DNA from: Diadema antillarum
Taxonomy: Eukaryota
Direction: 5' to 3'
Assembly: GCF_040938485.1 (NCBI RefSeq)
Contig: NW_027271795.1
Location: 1,612,001 to 1,676,000, forward strand
DNA: 64,000 nt
Program-made: the position numbers and the translations under genes
Shown here: piece after piece, positions 39,578-51,887 of the stretch
How the letters are laid out: each line of letters opens with the position of its first letter
Numbering within the stretch: position 1 is the stretch's first letter
The notes under the pieces: model-generated
Databases searched by the model: none
Told to the model about the DNA's origin: nothing
Seen by the model: only the letters and a program-made list of their open reading frames with translations

Positions 39578-40352
39578 CTCTGTCTCTCTCTGTCAAATGA
39601 CATACCATAATGCTCTTTGCTTATGTGACTTCAAAGTCTGCTGAATGCGATCATACTGGATGCAGATGGCAAACAGCCATTCCAATTTTGCCAGATATTC
39701 TGAAAATTTGGTTTTTGTATGCATGCGAAACACTAATGAAGTCAACATAGCACACATCAAACAGAAAGTTTGATGTGCTTATCAATGACTTTAGAATCAT
39801 ACTTCTGCACATTTGACTCTTGCATTATAGTAATTTCTTCAGTATGGACAGATTTTTTAATGTAGATGTGGCTCTGAGACAGGGTGATTGAAACAAGTTA
39901 AAGTCCTCATGTGAAGCTGCTGTTCAAATCATATTTAGGGCAATTAAAAATCAGTACATTGACTGTATATAATGCATAAGCATATGCAAACAAGGAAGTA
40001 CTTGTAGTCCAAATTTTTCTCATACTTTTATCATTTTCAGGCAAGTAAAAGATATCTAAATTGAATCTGAGGTCTTTTCCCCCTATTGATTGACACTGAG
40101 AATTGCAGAGCTGAATTTAATGGGTAGCACAGATTCATGACCAGTAATAGCTACACAACAAAAACAAAAGAAATTGTGTTTTGCTCACACCATGCAGGTG
40201 CATACTTCGTCACAGAAGACGACCTTAAGCGACTGGGTAAGCTGAAGGTAGACTCATCGGCGAGGGCAGCGCTGACAATGCTCCGACACTGCGGTAGGAT
40301 GCGGGAGATTCGTGGGGGCGGCCTGACTCGCTACGCGGTGATCCCCCTGTGA
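34581..40352 (+). CDS. SKA1: Spindle and kinetochore-associated protein 1; exons 34581-34671, 36519-36658, 37141-37247, 38075-38227, 39164-39333, 40198-40352; 271 aa
   Basis: GT-AG introns give a continuous 816-nt frame. N-terminus MMDSTSLEDLQAYFEVKL followed by a coiled coil. C-terminal domain YVTVPEFEAVPKYMKGRMTYNSINE...AYFVTEDDLK...LTMLRHCGRMREIRGGGLTRY matches the SKA1 microtubule-binding domain. An acceptor at 34563 implies an upstream non-coding exon. Confidence 0.93.
35333..35976. mobile_element. Non-autonomous DNA transposon (644 bp, 37-bp TIR, 4-bp TSD TCTT) in the first SKA1 coding intron; superfamily unassigned
   Basis: TIR CGGCCGTCAGATGGTAAAACGGTCTAACTCGAAAATT with one mismatch between the ends; TCTT on both flanks; internal copies of the GATGGTAAAA..GTCTA motif. 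Confidence 0.8.
36355..36415. repeat. (GT)n microsatellite
   Basis: Visible interrupted run. Confidence 0.9.
38714..39130 (+). mobile_element. HINE/DINE-1-like (Helentron-associated) non-autonomous element in a SKA1 intron
   Basis: 5' subterminal ACCTCCGCCAAG, a matching inverted CATGGTGGAGGT near the 3' end, followed by a GCACTC...GAGTGC stem-loop and CTAGTT. Confidence 0.6.
39534..39590. repeat. (CT)n microsatellite
   Basis: Visible run. Confidence 0.9.
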
Positions 40353-41491
40353 AATTCAACCATCTCATCCATGCACTGAAGACTGACAGCCGTGCATTGA
40401 TGATGCTATGGTACTCGCAGAGAAATGAGGCATAATTGGGTGCCCATGGGCTGTACTATGATTTGTACTGGATCATGTGAAATCGGCAGACATTGATTGA
40501 AGAGGGCATCATCTTTCCGACCGTAGTTTGTAAATCAGTTAACCAGGATTGTCCGCGTGCTGATAAGGAACTCTTGATCTGTCCTCACTTTGAGCCATAA
40601 TTCAAAATTAAGGAGACATGATGTTGGTTGTCAGCATTCCAATGAGCAGGTCTATGATTGTTGGATATTGCTTGTAGCATCAGGCTCAGAACATGGACAG
40701 CTTGAGAAAGTATCCCCAAGTTGTTTGCTGGACTGATATATTTTTGTGAAATATTGCTGTGAGGAGCGCAGGCTTAGAAGTATATTCTGTGACAAACCCC
40801 TTCATTATATCTTATCAGCACCACACAAGTGTACAACGCTGTATAATAATTAACATGTATATGGTCACTCAGGTTGCTGAACACTATTGTGTGAACAAGG
40901 CACACATTTTGCATGCCTTAGGGAATCATGTGCGATAATGTCTGTTGGATCTTACATTGCCATGGTAACCACATAAACAAGATAATAATCTCTCAGAGCA
41001 AAGCAATCCCTCAGTTTATTTTCATCTTATTTTAATATAGCTGGAATACATTTGTGGTTATGTAACCCTTTTTTCAAGTACCTTTCTTAGAAGGAGCCTG
41101 GCATGGAATTAGTCATTTTATCCATGGAGTCCTGAGGAATTTTGCCGAAATAATTGCCATCTTTCATCACTAATTTGGCACCCCTAATTTCATTGCAGTT
41201 CTTGTATGTGAGAAATTCTTGATGGCACTCACTGTCTGAATTCATAACATCACCACAAACTCAGAAACAAAGAAAATTACTAAAATTACCAATGAGAGAG
41301 ACACAGGAACTTCAACTATTCTGAAATGAGTTGTCAGTTAAAGAATCACTCATAATTGTGGGGACTATGAACCGCTTACAAATTCTGATATTGAAATACA
41401 CAATTTTAGAAGAACAACAACTGTTTAATGCAAGAGTACATTTTTACTCTGCCTTATGAAATAATAATTATAAATAGTATACAAGTAAATA

Positions 41492-42385
41492 AAACAAGTG
41501 TTGTCTCCCCCACATATCATACTTTGTAACAATAGTATTTTCCAGTGTTAGTTCATTGACCTCTTGACCTTTGACCTTGTTGAACTTCATCCATATTCAA
41601 TCTTTGCTGGCATCTTTGGGTGATGCACCTGTGGTATTTGTGATAATAATGTTTTTCAGTGTAAGTTCATTGACCTTTTTACCTTTGAACTTGTTGGACT
41701 TTATCCTTATTCACACTTGACTGGCATCTTTAGGTGATGTACTTTACTTGTATGAATTCAGTGGTCATACCTCAAAGCTGTGAAAAGTTATTGAGAGTAC
41801 ACTCAAAACTATATGTACAGTACTCATCAGGTAAATTTCAGTGGAAATTTGACCTTTGACCTTGTCAGAATTCACCAATATTCAAACTTGATCAGCATCT
41901 TTAGATAATGTACCTGTACATGTAGTATGAATTTGATGGTCATAGCTCAAAGCTGTGGAAAGTTATTGAGAGTACACCACAATACCATGTGTACAGTGCT
42001 TATCAGGTGCAGTTACTTGACCATTTGACCTTTGAACTTGTAGGACTTCACCCATATTCAAACTTCATGGCATCTTTAGATTATGTACATGTGATGTTAT
42101 TTGGTTGTCATAGCTCGAGTCTGTGGAAAGTTACTGAGAGTACACTGCGATACTTTGAGTACAGTGCTTATCAGGGCAAGTTCACAGACCTTTGCCCTTT
42201 AACCTTGTCAGACTGCACCCATTCTTTAATTTGACTGACATTTTTTGGTTAAGTACTTGTAGTTGATGGTCTTAGCTCAAAGCTGTGGAAAATTAGAGAG
42301 AGTATACCAAATTATTGACAGCTCGTACTGATGATGGAATAATGATGCCTATGTCTCGCTTTCACAATGCAGGCAAGACAAAAAG
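41492..42385 (+). mobile_element. Interspersed element with internal ~170-190-bp TGACCTTTGACCTT-type tandem units (HINE-like)
   Basis: About five degenerate units sharing TTGACCTTTGACCTT / CATCTTTAG / CTCAAAGCTGTGGAAAGTTATTGAGAGTACAC. It ends in a TGTCTCGC...GCAAGACA palindrome plus an A-run. Boundaries are approximate. Confidence 0.55.
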
Positions 42386-43169
42386 TGATAAATGAACAAC
42401 AAAATGTTAACATTCTAGAAAATTAATGTGGTCTCCAAGAATTTATGGGTCAAGTATGATTCTTGTTCAAGTGTTACTTTTCATGTCTCTATCACCAAAG
42501 ATGTGCTTTGTTTGGTTTGTTTTTGAAGTTCTATTTTTTTTAATAAAAAGAAACCTCTCATGATCTCAGTAGGAGGTAGATCAGTGTCTATAATGAATGA
42601 CGTCAAGAAGCCATCCACTGCATAACATAAAATCCAGTGTATCTTGTCTATATTTCTACATATTGTTACAAACAAATTTAAAAAGCAAGAAGAAACCAAA
42701 ATAGTTGTCATCTCTTTTTGTTGACAGCAGTATGAAAACATTACTACAACTGCATTCTAACATGTTTTTTTGTTTGACTGGTTCTTTTTTCAGTCATATG
42801 TCCTCAGAATGGAAAAATACTGTGATTGCTGTAATAATTTTGATTTGAAGATGTTCTTCCAGTGTTATTATGTACAGTATTTCAAAACCCAGCAGTATCA
42901 TTCAAAAGAAGAGTTAGATTATATAAACATACTGTCATGTATTTTATAACAATCACATCATGCTTTTATTCATACACTGACATGTTGTTTATTGTTGAAC
43001 CGTACCTCACAACTGCAGTATGATAAACAACTGTATTATTTTCATGTGTGTAAATACTGTACTTTTGAATGAATATTTTGAAGTATACTTGTATTCACAA
43101 ACATTCTGTAGACATGAACATTTTTTTTTTGTTGTTGTGCAGCCACTCCTAAAAGTTATTATATATATA

Positions 43170-43381
43170 TATAATTATAAGAAGAATGAGTCTCAAATAC
43201 GCCATCTGTAGATCCAACAAGGTTTTTATTCACAAAATTTTAGGGCCTTCGTCAGTGTAGTTTATACTAGTACAATGATACCTTTTTGCAAACATGAATC
43301 ATGACAACATAACATCATAACTTAACTTTCTTGTTGGATCTACAGATGGCGTATTTGAGACTCATTCTTCTTATAGTTATA
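43170..43381. repeat. 52-bp inverted repeat (one mismatch) with ~108-nt spacer, next to an assembly gap
   Basis: TATAATTATAAGAAGAATGAGTCTCAAATACGCCATCTGTAGATCCAACAAG and its reverse complement at 43330-43381. Confidence 0.85.
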
Positions 43382-43394
43382 ACATTCGAAGTCC

Positions 43395-43531
43395 NNNNNN
43401 NNNNNNNNNNNNNNNNNNNNNNNNNNNNNNNNNNNNNNNNNNNNNNNNNNNNNNNNNNNNNNNNNNNNNNNNNNNNNNNNNNNNNNNNNNNNNNNNNNNN
43501 NNNNNNNNNNNNNNNNNNNNNNNNNNNNNNN
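43395..43531. other. Assembly gap (N run)
   Basis: 137 N. Confidence 1.
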
Positions 43532-43725
43532 CCATTATAACGAACAAGGATATACTGAAATTTCAGATACAAGTAAAATGAATGACTCAAAATTATCTTT
43601 GCATATCTTTATACACTCTATTTATTTGGATATGTGTAACAAGATTTCAAAATTTTGATATAACAAAAGAAAACTGCAGGTCCTGAGGACATTGTTATAA
43701 GGGAGTAGCCTGTAATATACAGTAC

Positions 43726-43729
<4 letters not shown>

Positions 43730-43776
<47 letters not shown>
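43730..43776. repeat. (TA)n microsatellite
   Basis: Visible run. Confidence 0.95.
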
Positions 43777-43778
<2 letters not shown>

Positions 43779-43867
43779 GTATTTGTGGGTAAACTTGGCC
43801 TAACGGCTAAACTCGGCCCTTATATAACCTCATTACAAGGGGCTGAGTTTTCCCCACCAAAACGGTA
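43775..43867. mobile_element. Degenerate short MITE related to 34148-34277, abutting a (TA)n tract
   Basis: TACCGT...GGGTAAACTTGGCCTA...ACGGTA ends. Confidence 0.55.
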
Positions 43868-46800
43868 TTTATGTAATTTAAAGTAGACTTGACTGCATGT
43901 TTAGGTTGCTTCAGTAAGAAGAGTTGAAACAAACACCATATTGAAAGTTTCATTCAAATCAAGTAGGACAGTTGCAAAATTGTAACATTCAGCATGATTT
44001 ATGTGAAATTTTCACATCGGTAAAAATCAATCATGCAAATGAGACATGGTCATGATGAACATTATTCCTCCCAGTTCTTCCGTCAGTTTGTAAATCAAAA
44101 TACATTTATGCAGTATATTTATATATAGTTTACGTTGCCTTTCGTAATGTCATCAATCATGAAGTCGGCTGAAACTACGCATCACAGTGTCTGCCACAAG
44201 ACGGGTCTCATTGAACTATATTACAAGCAGCTGTATACCTCAATATGTTTGTATTGTCATCACTGCCGTGTGGAAATGTTCCTGGATTGTCTCGGGTGTG
44301 GCAAGAAATCTGTGAAATCGCCTTGCATGAAGCCTAACATGCTTTTGTAAGCTGGTGCATCTTGTTAAAGCTAGGTGCTAACCAGTAGGTATTGTTATGC
44401 TCGCTTCAGCTGGCTTTAATGTCGATGACATCACAATGGACTTTTTTTAATTATTATTATTATCATTTAGGAGTGGAGCTGATTGGGTGCGGAAATATGA
44501 AGAGTTGATTAATGATAGCATTTGGTTCCATATTCGAAACAATTTCTGATTTTTTTTTTTAATGAGAAAATGTACTAAGTATTTGCCAAAGGTATCTTGA
44601 ATGGACACATGACCAGCTTTGGATGTCAGGGGGCGAATGAAAGAACAATTCCACACCAGTGTCAAGGTGCCTTTGAGAACTGTAAAGCAATATCAGAAAG
44701 AAACAGAATTGTAGAAGTTTTATCCAAAATGAACAAGAAAAATATAAGACTCACAGAAATTCAAAGTTCCGCATGTGTTCAATTGATACAATGTACGGCA
44801 TTAGTTACAATTACACACGAATCTAAAATGTGGTTTCGATGTCATTATCGCATGATTTTTCAACAGATGTGTACACAAATACAGTGTATACAGGGTATTA
44901 GACTCTAGTTTTTGGTCAATGAGTTTGCGACGGTACAACCGCTCACAATTGATAAGTCTAACACTAACTCTTTTGATATCATAAAAAAAAAAGAAATAGA
45001 GTTAGGACCTATTGAAGGTCAGGACAGTGAGAGACTTGTGAGGTGATGTCATTGTCTCCGATTTGCATGTCATGCTTTTACATAATCTCACTGCCTTTAT
45101 TCAACAAACAAAAATGAAGTAGAATACTTTTAGAAGACTTTATAAAACTTTTGTTATTTTGGTCCAATTTTAGTAAACCTTCAACTCTTAGAGTCTGTTC
45201 GCTAAATCTGTTTATCAACCCAACATAGACAATGTGTCGAATGCACTAAAATGTCAATTTTGCAATGTCTTCAAGACTAAATTTGCAAAGTTTGTGAGTG
45301 CAGCATGCACGCGAGGCATTTCATTTCGGTTGCAAGTACACGTGTATTTTCACTCTGGAAGAGCTGAGAGCACACAGTCTGTGTATGGCCTCTTTGATGT
45401 GCGATGAACTAATTCTTTGAAAAATGACAAAAATGGTATTAACAACTTACGTCGAGATATAAATCGGAATCGCCATTACTTGGGTCACAATACATTATTC
45501 ATAGTTGGAGTGACTGTTATGTGCGTCAAATTGCAAATTGTAAACCTTCAATGCGAGAAAAGCAGGACAATGTTTATGTTTTTTTATAATTTGCTTTGGA
45601 TGCACCAAGCGTTTTGCAGATTTAATATGTTGAGAGGTATTATTGATACAGTGACTGGCACAAATATTTTCAATTATTTACAAAGGTGAGTCGCCACTTT
45701 CACATTCAGAGAACGGTGTGTGCGTCTCACAGGCCCACGTTTCCCCCTTTTTTAAGGGGGGGGGGGGGCTCTGTTTTAAGTGTCTCGATCTTGCTCTGTT
45801 GGAGCGTGACTGAAATGCAACTGAGGACGCGTGCACACAACCACAGTATAGAGTCTTCTTGGCCCTTGAAATCTTTACTTTTATGCAGAGAGAGAGAGCG
45901 AGAGAGCTAGAAAACGTACGAAGACAGGGAAATGGAGAGACAGCAAACAGAAAGGAGGGGAGAAGAAGAGATGTATCGAGAGAAAAAAAAAATAAGTATG
46001 TTTGCGTTTGTGATGGAGCTAAGAACAACAAGACCAACAGTATATTGTTTGCCGGCCACCAACGCGTATACTGAGGCTGAAATGACGTAAGTAGATCCTC
46101 TTCACCAGCTACCTTTTCATGTCCCTATACTGATACCCTCTGTCTCATCCCCCTCCCTCCCCCCCCCCCCCCAAAAAAAAGTGTTAAATCTCATATACCT
46201 GATACAAAAATGCAAGGTGTCCAATACCAAAGAGAGCGTATCATGCCCTTAATTGTACATTATACAATGTACATAGCTCTCATGCTATAATTTCCATCGT
46301 TTTCACCACGTGAATTTGTTTGTTAACAAATATTTGAGACTGACGGTATTTTTTCTTCCATTGCGTCTTTTCCATCAGTGGAAGATATCTATAGTGCATA
46401 TTTTGAAGCAGTAGAAAGAATAGGTAGGTACTACCAGGGAGGTGTTAGAGAAGGAGAAAACCACCTAGAAGCTCTCCTCTGAACCCATGCTCCGTGCCGC
46501 TGAGATGTTATGCGCTCTGTTGCAAGTGTTAATAAATTGCTTTGACGAAAAAAGACAGCGCTTCTGCTTAAGTACATACTTGTATTAGTCATTCCTCCAT
46601 CACAGCAGTTCGCTGCCCCTTTCTCTATCTTCGGCAGCAACTATTTTATGTGCAGAGAACAGGACACGCGAAGAGAAATCAGTAAAAGATTGGGCGTATT
46701 TGTCTGTAAAATGCTACTAAACACGAAAAAATACGCATGAGCCAATTACTCTATCCGAAAGATTTAATATTTGAGTGCTTAACCTGGCGAAGAAAATTAT

Positions 46801-47117
46801 GAACAAATATGCGGAAAATGCTTTGATGTAAACTTTTTATGAGGTACTAATATTTCCCTTTCTTTCAGTCCTTGGGTATTAATAACAAGAAGATTTGAAG
46901 AAAAATTGAAAGGATTTGTTCTGTATTACCAGTAACACCTCCTTGGTACTACAATGTACATGTACTAGTTTGAGCCGCGTAAAATATGTACATGTAACAA
47001 CTGTAAAGGGAATCGGAGCAAAGGGGAGTCATGCTGGTCCACAATAATCGAAGAAACTAATTGGTTATTGATGGCAAAGATATATCATACTCTGCATTCA
47101 AATGACTTAATTATCTA

Positions 47118-47118
<1 letters not shown>

Positions 47119-47152
<34 letters not shown>
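47119..47152. repeat. (CA)n microsatellite
   Basis: Visible run just upstream of the 100-bp hairpin. Confidence 0.95.
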
Positions 47153-47156
<4 letters not shown>

Positions 47157-47207
47157 ATATCATATACCATTTCATCTGTAATAAGGTATACATATAATAT
47201 ATATAAT

Positions 47208-47419
47208 AGAAGTATTGGAACAAGTTCACTCGGTTGACAGCAGGTTCATCTGTATTTATTGCTACTCGGAGTTTCATGTCACCTCCATGAGGCGCAATCA
47301 TCAGGCATAGGAATCAGATTGCCTGATGATTGCGCCTCATGGAGGTGACATGAAACTCCGAGTAGCAATAAATACAGATGAACCTGCTGTCAACCGAGTG
47401 AACTTGTTCCAATACTTCT
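47208..47419. repeat. Perfect inverted repeat: 100-bp arms (47208-47307 / 47320-47419), 12-nt spacer
   Basis: Base-by-base comparison found the arms to be exact reverse complements; spacer TAGGAATCAGAT. Confidence 0.95.
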
Positions 47420-47477
47420 GTCTAAAGCTCTTCCTTTGAGGATATCGAGCACTCTTCATAGAAGGATAGAATCACCA

Positions 47478-47480
<3 letters not shown>

Positions 47481-47541
<61 letters not shown>
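47481..47541. repeat. (GT)n(TA)n microsatellite
   Basis: Visible run just downstream of the 100-bp hairpin. Confidence 0.95.
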
Positions 47542-47547
<6 letters not shown>

Positions 47548-49659
47548 ACCTTGCGAATGAAATGGTAATTCAACATCTTAAATGTCTGTCCTCCAACCTT
47601 TTCGTAAATGTTCAATATAACACTCAAAATGTTCATTTATCATTTCATTTTTTAGAGTGTATGTATTATATATCGAGTTGGACAGCAAAGCTTTAGGAGC
47701 ACATAAAGGCAGAGTGTTTGATTACTTGAATCTGTTGTCACTAGGGTCTCGTTTCATGATTATTATATGTTAGGATAGCAACTCTTGCTGGAAGGGCAAC
47801 TTCCCTCGTAGAAACAGCCAATCAATGCCAATCTAGAAGCAAGATTCTTTTCCTTACCATGACACTTACCATTACAGCAAGATTTGCTGTCTTATAGTAA
47901 CTGCAGTGTGAAATGGGAGAATAGACCTTTGTTTGAAAGCAAATTTTGTTTAAAAATAAACGTAAATGAAATATCAACTTTCTTTATTCTTCGAAAACCG
48001 ACTGCCCGAATATTGTTAAAAGCACCCACAAACACTCCATGCAACACACACATACACACATAAACAAACGAGTATAGGGCTTTATCTTGAGACTGTTAAA
48101 TTTCCAATGTTAACAAATGCGAACATGATATGCAACAAAATAAGATCTGGATCACTGATGTATCTTTGACTCATTTAATCGTTGCTTTTGAAGAAATTAA
48201 ATGAAATAAAACAACGTATATTGCATGCATTGCGCATTATAACCGATGTTCAAAATGACGCCATCACGTTACGATTTAAACATTCGACGTGGATAGTATC
48301 AGTTATTACTTATACTTTACAACGAACTCCACATCACAAAAATGTGTTTTGATCACGCATTAATACCTTGATTACTTTGATATCTATATGCAAACGTGAA
48401 TTTACGTGCGCCCCCATACATGCCATACCAGTGATAACGTGTTACTCTTTCAAAATGCATACTTTATTTTTTTTTTTTTTGGATAGATTAATTCACTTTT
48501 CGTTATTGCAATCATGCATATGCCTGTTTCTTTTTCCGAATAGCAACAGAGACTTTGTCCTAAGTAAAGTTATTCTTCGTCACAGTAGCGAAATACATAA
48601 ACTGAGTTTGAGAGAAGCTTTAGATATCAAATTATGACTAATACACAAATGTCAGAAAATCAGTTGACATGGTGGCCTCGTATGCAGCAAGATAGCATTC
48701 TAGTTACATGACAGTGACGTCACTTTCGTACCCTTCACTAATTTTCCAAAAGTCGTACGTCACACAATATGGGAAAAAAATACATTTCATTGTTACAAGT
48801 TGTTATTGGTATAATGTTCTCTATAGTAAACAGAGTTCGCATACTCAAAGTTCTTCGTCACGTGAACTCTTTCAACTAAAAAGATTAACGTCGAAGAACT
48901 GCATTACTTTAATAAATTTTTGTTTTCGTTGCATCTGATGTAAAATGATATCCACTTCATTGATATCCCCCCCTCCCCCCCCCCCCCCCCCCCCCCGTCC
49001 AGGGCTCAGATGATAAATAAGGTGAAGAACATGAAAATAGGGAATACGCTCACTCTGGCAAAATAAGACATATTTTAAGGTCATTTCGCTCGGACAAGTA
49101 GCACCAATGATATAATTGAGTCACTATAGCTATCATGAAATCAATTTTATGATTCACAGCATGGTGGCAGAATTGTATGTCTGCCGTCTTATAACCATTT
49201 CATTCATTCACGACTTCAAAATAAATATCTTGGCAAATGTAACAAGTTCAATACTAGACCGGCAACAGTTTGTTGCTCAAAAAAAAATACTGGTAACAAT
49301 GACAGTTTGCATTTACATTTTTCAATCTATTATATTCCCGACTTTCCGGAGAAATACACAAAAATGTATACACACTTACACACACCCACTCACACATACA
49401 CTCATACACATTCCAGACACACATTAAGATGCCCAGTTTTGTGAGTGCTACTGCATGCATCTAAATCTTCATATAAAAGTCCCTGAACAATTCAAATAGA
49501 GATGGTATCAGTGTCGTATAGAGTAGAGTTACTGTTGCAGCAAGTTAGGATACTGAGTAAATCGTAAGTTTTTAGGTTGACATGAGGAAGAGCCGAGACA
49601 GAATAGTTACGCATTTATACATTTCTAAACCAACTTTGTTAGCTGCCATACATACATAC

Positions 49660-49832
49660 CAGTGGCGGATCCAGGCGGGGTGCACCGGGCGCACGCCCCC
49701 CCCCCCCTCTTTTTTTTAAACAAAAGAAATTTAAAAAAAATGGGGTTGGGTGCGTGTGCCGCCCCCCTCCCCCCCCCCCCTTTAATTTTGTAAAGGCGCC
49801 CCCTCTTTACGGAATTCCTGGATCCGCCCCTG
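49660..49832. mobile_element. Non-autonomous hAT-like element, 173 bp, 5-bp TSD CATAC
   Basis: CAGTGGCGGATCCAG...CTGGATCCGCCCCTG ends, flanked by CATAC on both sides; same family as 31286-31458. Confidence 0.78.
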
Positions 49833-50241
49833 CATACAATCTCACATTGCAAAAATATGAATTCAAACAATCAGTTGCCAAGGCTGTAATTGCACCTTTT
49901 TAGAACAGAAAATGTGATTTCACTTTGGCAGAGTGGCCGACATTTGCTAATACCAGAGAGTTGCTCCGGTCTTATTTTCTCCAAGGACTTAAGGTTAGAG
50001 TTAAGGTTGTGATAGGTTTTAAAGGTTTAGTTCGTTGTGAGGATTAGAATTGCGGTTACATGTTTGTAGGTAGAATTTATATTTGGCTTAGCCTGCAGAT
50101 ATTTCATTATAATAGAAGTAACTGTCGCAGGAGCAAATATCATGGAACCCTTTGGCAGAGATCAGTCGGCGACGATCTTGTAACCTAACATGATGTGTAA
50201 AGGATGTATACAAATGTGATGTCTATAATAATTGTGTGTAT

Positions 50242-50673
50242 CATGGGCGTAAATCCCGGGGGATAAAAGCCCCCACCCCTACCCTCGCTTTTGGAGAAGG
50301 GGGTGGACTGTACAAACATTCCCCCCCCCCCCCCATGAAATTTCTTATTTCTAGTCTAAAAATGCAAAAATCGCCCTCGTGTACAAGAGGGGGCCTATCT
50401 CCCCTCCTACACACTCTCCCCGCAAATTTCTCTGAATATGAAGGTCTCTTACTTATAAAAAAAAAAAAAAAAAAAAAAACAACGAAAAAAAAATCCAATA
50501 TTTCACCACAAATGTTCACTTGATCTCTGAATTTGATACAGGTCCGAAAATGAAAAAAAAAAATCTCCCTCGTGTGCAAGGGGTACCCTCTCCCACACCC
50601 TCGATCGGGACCCCCCCCCCCCCCCCACACACACACACACACCTTCCATCATGAAAACGGTTCGACGCTCCTG
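50242..50673. mobile_element. Old degenerate non-autonomous element (CATGGGCGTAAATCC-type end, poly-C tracts)
   Basis: Left end CATGGGCGTAAATCCCGGGGG and a degraded right end GGTTCGACGCTCCTG; no TSD recognisable. Confidence 0.4.
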
Positions 50674-50870
50674 GGGATGAGTGTTGTAATGGACTGAATT
50701 TATAGATTCGATAGAAATAAGGATCTACTACATTATACAGATATAAATATCCAGATTGTCATTTGATATATTTCATTTGATTTCAGTTTTGTACGCACAA
50801 ATTGTGTGCGTGTATAATAACGTATTAATGGCTTGTGCTCGTGCTATTATGTGATGACTATTGCCGATCA

Positions 50871-50904
<34 letters not shown>

Positions 50905-51782
50905 CTCGGTACGGGGTGTGTATGTGTGTATGAGCTGTGTTTATGGTGTCTTTGTGTGTTTATTTCCCGTGTATTTGAGGGTTTGAATGGCTGCAGTGAC
51001 AGAACATACCTGAGGAGGTTATTTTCTTTTAGTAATATAACCCTTACTAGCAGCACCCGTGGAAATCCACGGGTCTGAGGGGTTTTATTTTTTTTCTCAT
51101 AATACGATTTTGCACATTTTTATTGAAGAAATAAAAAGAAGAGTCTTCTCATTCTTTCGTTAATTGTGCTGTCTTCTAAATGACCACCCTTCCCAGAAAT
51201 TTTATAATACATTTTTGTAGTATATGCCAGGCGATCCGGTCCATTAATTGGTAGGGATCATTCCCGCCACTACTTGCTTTTAGTATAGAACTTGAGTTTC
51301 GAGGGGTTATTTGCACCCGTTGAAGTCCAACAGTTGTCTTGTTGCCCCTCACCCCTCCCCCCCCCCCCCTCACGTACACACACATTTCCACCTCCGCAGG
51401 GCAAAAAACAAAAACATTCAGGGAAAAATTACCAAAAACGCAAATGAGATTCCCCGAAAGTTCTGCCCACAGGTTGTTCCCGTCGAAACGGGAAGATATT
51501 AACACTATGACTTTGATTACCCCCTGCTCTTGCATCCACGCGGGCACCCGCGGGAATCCACGGCTGGTCTCAAGGCCTCGGTTTGTTTTGTGTTTTTTTT
51601 TTCATGTTTCTTTTCCCCACGTTATGAGAGAAAAATAAGATATTTTCGTCTTCATAATTTTGCTCCATCCTTGTTGTTTTTAATCACCAAAACTTGGCTT
51701 GATATATCATATTAATATAGAACTACATCTGCTTCAGATTGTACATTATCATAATTAATATTAGGCCTACAATTATTGCTCC

Positions 51783-51822
51783 TATTATTGTTATTATTAT
51801 ATCATTATTATCATTACCCTTA

Positions 51823-51874
<52 letters not shown>

Positions 51875-51887
51875 CATTGTTATTATT
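51783..51887. repeat. (TTA)n-rich microsatellite
   Basis: Visible trinucleotide run. Confidence 0.9.

Noticed and set aside
34581-40352. SKA2 as the identity of the kinetochore gene
   Set aside because: The length (271 aa) and the C-terminal LRHCGRMREIRGGGLTRY domain are SKA1 features.
44100-46700. Coding exons of a further gene in 44-47 kb
   Set aside because: Splice-like signals exist on both strands, but no consistent open frame or recognisable protein motif could be assembled.
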